Of a DNA stretch of 64,000 bases, positions 13,001 to 23,000 are shown piece by piece. The notes beneath the pieces were generated by a model that saw only the letters and a list, made by a program, of their open reading frames with translations, was not told the origin of the DNA and ran no database searches. The translations under genes were made by a program, and so were the position numbers. How positions within the stretch are numbered: position 1 is the first letter of the stretch; every line of letters starts with the position of its first letter. The DNA is from Lama glama (taxonomy: Eukaryota), in assembly GCA_028534125.1 (NCBI GenBank), contig CM052842.1, positions 15,190,001-15,254,000 on the forward strand, read 5' to 3'.

Positions 13001-14984
13001 GAACTGATGGTAAGTCATGCTACAAGGAGTCTGGTCTCTACAGCCAGGCACCCCTGGGTTTGACTCCTTTCCAATCTCATCTGTAAAACAGGATAACAGT
13101 GCTCATTTTGGGTTGTTGTGAGGGAGAATAAAGTTATAAATATTTATGAGTGTGTCCTAGGTCAATTGAAAGAATTTTTTTGTATCTTTTTAATATGTAA
13201 ATTAATAATACCTCTTACGACTTATGGCTCCTAAAATGAGATAGAATTTGGAATTATTATTATCACTGATAATCTGGCCAGGTGAAGGATGGAAGCAAAT
13301 ATGAGAGGCTTCAGTATAAACATCCTTCTGAAGCATCAGTTTTACTTGAAGATTCAGGTGGGAAAAATTGAATAAGATCGCCAAATAGACATTTTGAATA
13401 TTGTTTTTATATTTAAACAAACATGGATCTATTAAAGAGAAGTCAAGATTTATCTGAATTTTTAAGGGAAAACTGTGGCCGTGGCATGATGCCACAGGGA
13501 CTTCGGCTTGAAATGCTGGATTTCTGTTGTGGGCATTCATTATGCTGAGCTGTGTGGAGTCAGGTGAGGGAGATGTTTGAGAAGCTTGGTGTGAAGCAGT
13601 GGCAAGAAAACCAAACACGGTTCCTACCCTCATGGGGTCTAATGTGTGCAGTGTGAGACAGACATGAAAATAAATAGCAGAGGTGGGTGTTTTAGAGGCT
13701 AGGATAGAATTGCAGTAAGGAGCCGTTAGGCACAAAGGTGGGGGTGGTCAGTTCTGTTGGGGACTTACAGGTGCAATCGAGAGGATTTCTAAAAGAAGGT
13801 GAATTACTAGCAAAGAATCATTCTCACCACTGAACTTTCAGAGGAACTAGAACGCACATTTACTGGGATCTCCTCTGCCAAGGTCCTCCAAGGATTTTGT
13901 GGGTGGCAGGACAAATCTGGGTCAGCTTGGAGCTTACTGACCCTTGTTTAACCCAGGCTAAGAACCCTGGAACCTCTTTCAGACTTCTGAATCTATGCTA
14001 CAGAGCTGGCTTCTCAGATTTTGCTAATAAAATGTAAGTCCAAGCAACATCCTCTTCTTGGATTATGAAACATTTATTTCCAAGCTCCTTCCAGTGGAGC
14101 TGGTGGTCTGTTCATTCAGTGAAACTCTGCCATTTGAAAGGAACTGTATATTCTTTTGTAGAGCTTCCTGGGTTGAAATTCAGACCTTCATTTTCTTGTC
14201 CTAAAGAGAAAGATATGTACCCTTTAGGAGGAATTGTACAAAGTTGCCATCCTCACCCTTTGCACTTCCTGATTATCCTCGGAACAGCTGGCTTAATGTA
14301 ACAGCAATTCACAGTCCTCAGCTGGATGGCTGCAGAGAATTCTTCATTATTCAGAGTTCAGCAGTGCCAGCAGTGTTATTGAAGTGGTAACTGAATTTGG
14401 TGAACCCTCTGTGGTCAAGACAGCAGAGCACTGCCTGCAAGAATCATGTGGTGTGGTTAAGATGAATGTATTTCCAACAAAAATGAATCTTCAAACTAAG
14501 CTTGAGAGCACAAGGCCAAAAGGACACACTGTTTTGATGATTTGACTTGTGATGTTGAGCATTTTGGAGTGAAACCCGTTCAGAAGCAAGTCAACGTGAA
14601 CCTACAAGGAAGATGCTGGGAGAGAAATCTAACACTGCCCAGAAATCGCCATCAAAAGCTTTACTGATAATCCCATCAAGCACAGATATGCATACGGCAA
14701 ATGATTTGCCGGCGTAAAGATGTCCTTGCTGCATTGTCGAGCTGGATCCTTGTGGGGTAAAGGAAAAATGCCCAAGTAATTTTCAATGAAGTGTACTTTA
14801 TCACTAAACAGCAATTAAGTGCTTTCAAACTTTCACATTCACAGAATGATCCCAATAATCTCACTACTTTGCAATGCTATTTCTAAAAGGGAACATTTAT
14901 AGTTTGGGAAAATAGCACAAAAATGAAAACTGTTGGAATTGTTTTGGTTGCTGAAAATATACTTGGCCTCAGTCGCTGTGGCAC

Positions 14985-15230
14985 TGTAGAAAGGAAAGGG
15001 CTTTGGCTCTGAGCTCAGGCAGACTCTGAGTTTGAATCCCAGCTCCTTCATTTACTGTGTCCTTAATAGGTCATTAACTTCTTTTAGTCTCTTTGTCTTT
15101 TCCTGTAAAAATGAGGTCAGTAATGTCTACCTCTGAACATGACATGCATGTTCTACTGGATACTTATATTAACAGCTGTCATTTGCAGGCCTACTAAGTG
15201 CCTGGCACGGTCAGTGCTTATGAACACGTA
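14985..15230 (+). mobile_element. MIR SINE
   Basis: gagtttgaatcccagctcc...ctgtaaaaatgagg...gtgcctggcacggtcagtgct. Confidence 0.65.
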
Positions 15231-15260
15231 TTATGTTACAAAAATATGTGGTCGATACTC

Positions 15261-15365
15261 AGGGCAACCACCTCATCCCAGTTTGCCTGGGACTATCCTG
15301 ATCTTACCACTGGAAGTCCTGAGTCCCAGGGACTATCTCAGCCCAGAGCAAACTAGGGTGACAAA
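15261..15365. mobile_element. hAT DNA transposon, MER81-like
   Basis: cagggcaaccacctcatcccagtttgcctgggact...gtcccaggga resembles hAT-Blackjack MITE termini. Confidence 0.55.
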
Positions 15366-16020
15366 TTCTCACTATTACGGTTTCATCTTAACAGGTGTGG
15401 AAGCTGAGACTCAGAGGGTGTCCAATTGTCTAATATATCAACAGCTGGGAAAGAAGAGCTCCAGCGTTCAAACCCAGGCTTGAACAACTCCCAGGCCTGC
15501 CTTCTTTCTGCAGCCCTAACCTTTGCTTTGTAAGTATTGCTTCCCTTGCTGTATTACTAGAACGTTCTGGATTTAGCAAATATTTGTAGATCAGATCACA
15601 TCTTTTCAAGTGTCTGAGATTATAATTTCAGGAAGGCATGTGGATGTTGGGGGTGGGGCGGAATGATCTCCAAGTGAGAGTGATAAAGTGAATCATAGTG
15701 ATAGTGATGCTGAAAATGATAGTTTAAAAGCCTAACATCTATTTCAAAGAACATTCTGGCTTTTGTCAATGCTTAGTTCATTGATTCATTCATTTATTCA
15801 CCCCTCCATTAATTCATTCAGTGGGTATATAGTGAGGTCCTGCTGGGTGCCAGGTACCAGGGCAGATACAAAGAAGACTAAGATGCTGGCCTCAAGATGC
15901 TCAGTGTAATGGGATTTAAAGCATCAGCTGTAAAACAGTGTGAGAACTAGGATGACAGAGGCAAGCCCTACATGTTCCAGCCCCTGCAGTGGCATCATCT
16001 CCTGCCTCCCCTCACAGGTC

Positions 16021-16197
16021 TTTTTTTGTCCTTATATTGTTAAAATATTTAACTTATTTATTATTGTATTATTTAATTATTTTATTTTGGTGGGGGGGAA
16101 TTAAGTTTATTTATTTTTAGAGGAAGTACTGGAGATTGAACCCAGGACCCTGTGCACGCTAAGCATGCGCTCTACCACTTGAGCTATACCCTCCCCC
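16021..16197 (-). mobile_element. tRNA-derived SINE, camelid Vic-1-like
   Basis: Minus strand GGGGGAGGGTATAGCTCAAGTGGTAGAGCGCATGCTTAGCGTGCACAGGGTCCTGGGTTCAATCTCCAGTAC plus an A-rich tail; homologous to the copy at 9912. Confidence 0.85.
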
Positions 16198-17624
16198 TTC
16201 TCAGATCTGTTTTTAATGAAGCTTCCAGCTTATTCCAGGCACTGGGCTTCTTGCTCTAGCTCTTATGTCTGCCTGGAAGGTCCTCTCTCCTAATCTTGGT
16301 GATTCAGATTTAAGATGAAATATTACCTCTTCAGAAAGAAGCTCCTTGACTACCTCCAGCTAAACTAGCCACCCAGAAATTCTCTATTAGGTCACTCTAT
16401 TTTAATGATTTCTTAGGGTTTATTTATCACCTTTATTATTTATCTTCTTTGACTTTTTGTTTACTGCTTTTTGCCTACTTTAGCCAATAGCGAGTAATTT
16501 CCAAGGAGAAAAGTAACTTGTTTATCTTATTGTTTGTTTTATTCGCAGCTATGTTCTGGGGGCTTAAAACAATGCTAAGCACACAGAAGCAGTCAGTAAG
16601 TGTTTTTTGAATGAACAAAATGAATGAATTGATAAATATTTTGGATGCCGGAGGGGGCAGCCAGCTCAGCATGAATGAGTAGAGGTGTGAAAGGGAATTA
16701 TGCTCGAAGGGATATCTGAATTCAGACTGACTTTTTTTTTTTTGGTCTGGTTATACAGCTAGTATGCTCTCAGTTTTAAAAAAGTAAGGAAATCCAAAAA
16801 AGGGAACAAAAAATGAGACCAACTTGACATAATTACTAATAATATTTTGTTGTCCTTTCACTCCTAGTTCTCTCTTCATTCGTACTCACTTGTGAATGAA
16901 AACAAATCACTCTTTTCATAGTTCTATGCCTTGTTTGGGGTAAATATTTTCTTAGATTTTTCACTTTAAATGTTGCTTTGTTCTTCATCATAATGGATGT
17001 CCCGGGACTAATCTAGCCAAATCTATATTGTTGGACCTTGGAGTGTTTCCATTTTGCCACTAGGAACGACATTGGGTCGAACAGCCTTGCAGACAGATAA
17101 TCTTTGTACGGATCCATGTGACAGCTTAAAGTAAAAGCAAGAGGACTTTGATTTGAGTTCTAGACCCACCATTTTCTTTTAACTGTTTACTTTGAAGTTT
17201 TTAAAAGTTCCCTCAACTGTACAATGGGGAAGAGTGCCGATTTCATGGGACTATTATGCAAATTAAACAATGTAATTTCATAGAAGGATGAAATCCGTGT
17301 TAGTTTCCTGTGACAATTTCCTTTGAAGAAGCCCCTAGAAGTCAAATTGGCCTTCCACTCTATCTTAAAAGACAGCTAGAAACTAGCTAATGAGATGTTT
17401 GGGAAGGAGGTGGCAGCTTGGATGAGTGAAGTTGGGAAAAAGAAAATTTTTTCTTTTTTTCATTATGAGAGAACTAGAGACCCACTGCACCAACCAGAAA
17501 CTTTAAAACACTGACCCTCTCACTGCCCAGATGGCAGCCCTGCTTACTGTTGTCTCTGTATCACGACTGGAAATGTGCTTTTCTGGGCAGAGAGCAAGAG
17601 CAGGCTGATCAAGCTAATGCTGGC

Positions 17625-18194
17625 ATACATGTACCCCAATGTTCATAGCAGTATTGTTTATAATAGCCAAGGTACAGAAGTATCCTAAGTGCCCATAAAC
17701 AGATGAATGGATAAATAAGATGCAGTATAGGTGTGTGTATATATAAATATACAATGGAATATTACTCAGCCATTAAAAAGAATGAAATTCTGCCGTTTGA
17801 AACAATGTGGATGGACCTAGAGGATATTATGCTAAGTGAAATAAATCAGAGAAAGACAAACACTATATTATCACTTATAAGTGGAATCTAAAAACTAAAA
17901 TAAATGAATGAATATAACAAAACAGAAACAGACTCATAGATACAGAGAACAAACTAGTGGTTACTAGTCGGGAGAGGGAAGTGGGGAGGGGCAAGGGGTA
18001 AGCGATTAAGAGGTACAAACTACTACGGGTAAAATAAGTATAAGATACAAGGATATACTGTATAGCACAGGAAATATAGCCAATATTTTATAATAACTTT
18101 AAATGGAGTATAATCTATAAAACTATTGAATCACTATGTTGTACACTTGAAACTAATATAATATTGTAAATCAACTATACTTCAATTAAAAAAA
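17625..18194 (+). mobile_element. 5'-truncated L1 with poly(A) and 9-bp TSD
   Basis: Canonical L1 3' sequence (aatggaatattactcagccattaaaaagaatgaaat...); TSD AATGCTGGC at 17616-17624 and 18195-18203. Confidence 0.9.
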
Positions 18195-18594
18195 AATGCT
18201 GGCCATTTAAGCTTGGTAGTTGGGAGGATGGAGAGCACTTTAACTAGATAAAGAAGCCAGGGAGGTGAGTTTTGCTTGGTCCAACCACAAGTTCCATTTT
18301 TAATATATGGAGGTGTCTAGCAGGTTGTCCAGAGAAAAAAAGTCAGGCTCCAGATATTGGATTGAGTAAAAAGTGTGGAGAATATCTGAGACCTTGGCGA
18401 TGAAGATCACTGAACTAAGTAAGAGCTGTCTTTTGTTTTCCTTCTGATGCGAAGATGTAAGCTCATCTAAAAATATCCACTTTGCTGTTAATAGATGCTG
18501 TCGCTTGGTGTGTCTAATTAAACAAGCAAATTTTAACTTAAATCTTTATATTTTCAATAAACAACTCAGAAGCCCAAAAGTAACAGCAGAGTCA

Positions 18595-19790
18595 CACGTT
18601 TATAGGATCATATTTATTTAGTAATATCTGACAAATAAGAGAAAGTAAAAAGATATAAAAAAACTGTATAATTTATATTTATATAAATACTTTAAAGGAG
18701 AAAAGCTGAACACATATGGTGACATTAGAAGGATGTATACATTTATGTTTGCCGCCTATCTTAAAGCCTGACAAATTAGATACAGGTAGATAGACACATA
18801 TATCTTGCTCATGAGTTTGCTTAATTAAGGATAAGTTTGGGGCATGTCTGCAATCATTCTGAACGCCCACAGAGTTTGTGGTATCTTGCCACCGCAGTCG
18901 TATTGATTTCATTCTTCTTTTTCAAAATTCCACTACCAGCATATTTGGAAGTCATCAAAGGTTGTGATCAGGTGCTTTGGGCCTCAGTTTATAATCAGTA
19001 AGATGAGAAAAAATCTCTTCCGCCATGAGCTGCTTCTTCTGAATTAAGAAACTAATGAGCCCCACCCAGGCGCCTCCAGCATATATAAACATGGAGCCTG
19101 GTCATCTCTGTAATAGGGGGAGTTTTCTGTTTCTGATTAGGAAAGGAGTCAGTTTGTCTGAAATGGAGCCACTTTATGACACCAGGGCACTTAATGAACA
19201 AGCATTCCATTACTGTAAATACAGCTTGTTTTCTACGTACACAGAAAACGAATCATCTCTGGATTTCAAGTTGAAGAGCTCTGTGTTCCTTCGGATCTTG
19301 GAATTTGAAGTTCAGAGTTGAGCTACGCAAAAAAGAGTGCTCAACAGAGAACCCTTGGGTCAAACTTTAACCTATGGTGAGATACTTGTATGATAACACA
19401 CTCAGTATGACCTTGGACTTCACTGTGTCATTCATGACAGTGACCTTGTCTTGAAATTGCAACATGTGTATAACAACATGAGTGTAATGGGATACAATCT
19501 ACACAGTAAAACATATATCTGATTTCTAATATTTACTTAAGTTTCATGTATAGTAAAACACCACAAAAAGGTAAGTTATCCTTAAGCACTATCCTGAGCT
19601 TACCCTGGTTCCAAGTTTACAGTTAATCATATCTTTCAATGAAAAACAGACAGATATAACTGACCTCATAGGACCACAGAAAATACATGAGACTCAGAGG
19701 TGGTTATTGATTCTTTGTAATTTTTCCTATATTCATTTGATGGTGGGTAGCTACAGTTTGCCTCCGTACGTGTGTGTCTCAAGGGACATA
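18595..19790 (-). other. CCN3: CCN3 3'UTR (~1.2 kb)
   Basis: Sequence with no recognised repeats between the stop codon and the AATAAA; AU-rich distal part. The cleavage site is approximate. Confidence 0.7.
18613..18618 (-). terminator. Polyadenylation signal of CCN3
   Basis: Plus-strand tttatt = AATAAA on minus, followed by a GU/U-rich downstream element (CGTGTGACTCTGCTGTTACTTTTGGG...GTTGTTT). Confidence 0.75.
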
Positions 19791-20087
19791 TTACATTTCC
19801 CCTCTGCTGGTGTTTGGCTTTAAGTCTTGGAGGAAAGACTCATTGTTATGAGGACAGTTGTTGTGACAGGTGCAGGTCCCAATGACCATCACTGGTTTCT
19901 TGATGATCTGCCCTGGGGAGCACTGGAACTCCACCTGGATGGTTTTGGTGTTGTGGGGGGTGCAGCACCGGCCATCGCTGCAGACCCCGCAGAACCTGGG
20001 CTTGTAGGTATGCAGGCTCGTGCAGTTCTCGAACTGCAGGTGGATGGCTTTGAGTGACTTGGTGGTGCGGAGACACTTTTTCCCTTT
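19791..20087 (-). CDS. CCN3: CCN3 exon 5 coding part (C-terminal cystine knot)
   Basis: Acceptor TTTCTCAG|AAAGGG; encodes [10 protein letters not shown]...[18 protein letters not shown]...CTCHNNC; TAA stop at 19793-19791. Confidence 0.97.
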   Translation of the reverse strand, partial: KGKKCLRTTKSLKAIHLQFENCTSLHTYKPRFCGVCSDGRCCTPHNTKTIQVEFQCSPGQIIKKPVMVIGTCTCHNNCPHNNESFLQDLKPNTSRGEM

Positions 20088-23000
20088 CTGAGAAAGAAGA
20101 AAAGGAGTGAGGCGTGAAATGGCCACCGTTCCTCCGAGGGATCGTTTTTAGGTATCTGGAGTAACTTGCTATCCAATACCCATCGCTCTTTCTCCTTTGC
20201 TAACAGAATGTTAATTTTGTTTGAGTAATGTGGTCTGCTATAGGTCTTTGCTTCCACAGACTTTCTGGGAGCTTGAGATGGCATTGTGACAAAGTTCTGG
20301 CCACTGATATGTAAACCGAAGGATTCTGGGAAATTGCCTGCCCTGCAGGCAGGTGCAGTTCTTAATTACATCCTGCATTCCTTTTGCTTCCCGCCTAGGT
20401 GGAAACCACGTCTAATTATGTCTAACCATCTTTTGACCATGTAGCATATGCATGAGGGTGGAAGCATAAGCATGATAAAGAAATCTGCTTTTTTCAAGCC
20501 GCCGTCAACAGGCTTTGGCATTGTTTTTAGCCAAATATATTCTTAAGTATTAAAAAAGGAAATCAATCTGGTATCACCGCAAGCCTATTTATGTTTCAAA
20601 TAGTTTTTAAACGTTAACTCGTTTCACCTTACTAACAACAATCACTCATCCAAGGAGAATCGTTCACATAAGTAACAACTTTTATAGATGAGTCTCCGAG
20701 GGCTGAAGTGCTCAGAAAACACCCAGTAACTGAATTTGTCTGACACAGAGCCCATTCCTTCTACGAGACTGTGCCCTCAGGAAAGACTGGGACAGTGGGA
20801 TTGAAGGTCATTTTCCATGAAGGCGTGGTAAGTGGAGAGCTTACTCAACATTCCATCAGTACAGTTGATGGAAAACCCCAACATGGATCATTTGGTAAGA
20901 CACTGATTGTATGTTAATTTCCCACCTAGATTTCTTCACCTAATTTGTCACGATTCTCCACTGCTTCTCACTTTCCTAGACACAAGCCCACAGCTTGTGG
21001 AGTGATGAGACTTGGAATCTCTAAATAAGTGGCTTTCAAGCTTTCAGGGGGCATCCAGAATCATCTAGGGAATTTACCAAAACACACACATTTGGGTCTC
21101 ACACCCAGAGTCTCTGATTCAGTAGGTTCCATGCCAGCCCCCATAATTTGCATTTCTAACAAATTCTTAGACGATGCTTCTAGTCTGGGGCCACACTTTG
21201 AGAAGCACTTAAGCATTTAAGCGTCTTTCGGTGATAAGGAAGTCATGATTATTATGCTAGTATTTCCCTAGATTACAAACAAATTTCTGGGATCTTTATG
21301 AAATATATATGTATTATAAATGAATGGCTTAAATATAATCTCTCCCAATATCAAACTGGGTGCACATTAGAAGAAAAATAAACATTTGGGTAAAAGAAAC
21401 AATAGAAAAAGCAAAAGTTTAGAGTCATGACATAGAAGAGCCTCATTTAATAAACTACTTACTGTGTCCTTGACAATATTTAAAGGCTTCTTGTTTCTTC
21501 CTTTTTAATATTGAATATTTAGCATATGTTTTTGCCAACATCCAGAAAAAGGTNNNNNNNNNNNNNNNNNNNNNNNNNNNNNNNNNNNNNNNNNNNNNNN
21601 NNNNNNNNNNNNNNNNNNNNNNNNNNNNNNNNNNNNNNNNNNNNNNNNNNNNNNNNNNNNNNNNNNNNNNNNNNNNNNNNNNNNNNNNNNNNNNNNNNNN
21701 NNNNNNNAGTGTCTCTAGGTTTTCATTCTAACTTGGTGGGAGAAGCATAAAGTTAGAACAGATCTCAAAAAGTCACATAGCTAAGTAGTCATACAATTAA
21801 TGCAACCACTGGAGACTCATTTTACCAACAAACACAAATGATGTTTAATATTAAGTAACTATATCTAATGTTAACAGAGTAATTTATGCCCAAACTTTGC
21901 AAATTCATTCTATTTAATCCTCACGACAACTCTGAGGTAGGTTCTGTTAATGTCCCCATTATATACGAGAGAAGAAATTGAGGCTTAAAGGTTAAGAAAA
22001 TCGCCCAAGACCCCACAGCTAGTTCATGTGGGAACCCAGATTTAAAACCAGGCTGTCTGGCTCCAGAGTTGCACCCGTAAGCATGAGATGAAGATGTTGC
22101 CTCAGTGGAGAGAGATGCAAATTTTTCATCACTAGGTTTTATTTTGGCCCTAGGTTTGTTCAAAGCTCAATATACTAGTTCAATTTGGGTACTGCATTTA
22201 TCTGATCTAGGGCTCTGCTCACAAGGCCTGTGATGTCATCAGGAACCAATCAGAGCTTCTGATCTGCATACCTTATACTCAGCCTTAACACACTGAGTTG
22301 ATATAATTCCAGCAAAAAAGGAAAGCAATGAGCTATTTTATTTGGCACGTTACTTTATGCTGGCAGATGTACTCGTCGCACTAGGCATTTTGAAATACTG
22401 AAGATCACTCCCAGACACCCATTCATTTATTCATCAGTGGTTGTCTATCAAGCACACAGTATGTCCCAGGTAGGCTGTTGGGATGGGTAAGGCAGATGGG
22501 GTACCTACTCTGTTGCTTCCTACAGACTGACCGTAAGGGATGTAGAAAGCTGAGCTCAGAAATGGCCTCTCTAAAATCAACTATGCTTGAACAGCGAGTA
22601 GCCAATTTTTTTTTCTTTGAGTAGCCAATTTTTTTCCAGGATGAAATAAGATTCGCCAGCCTTCTCAATCGGGACAGTGTTACAGTTGTCTGGCCCCTCC
22701 CTCACTACCTGCTGTGAGTTGCTTGGGATATTTCAGTATATTAAAGAGACAAGAAAGTAAACCCCTTTACAAGAGCTGACCTCAACTAGCATCGCAGTGA
22801 CTTTCTAAAGCCCAGGCCCCGACGAGACATGGCCGACTCCTCTGTGATGGGAGGCTTCCCCCAGGCTCGTACCTTATCTGTCGGTGGCTTGGGCTCTTGG
22901 TCACAGGGCCGCACCATGCAGAGCCGAGTCTGCTTCACCATCTCGCAATGCAGATTCCTGTTGGTGACCCGGGTGGAAAAACCCATGCCGCAGCTCTTGG

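Noticed and set aside
13202-13735. 177-aa minus-strand ORF
   Set aside because: No recognisable homology, non-ATG start, overlaps L2-like sequence; within chance expectation.
20851-20873. Short 8-bp-stem hairpins (also ~24976-24994 and 44432-44449)
   Set aside because: Several such stems are expected by chance in 64 kb, and they are too short for pre-miRNAs.
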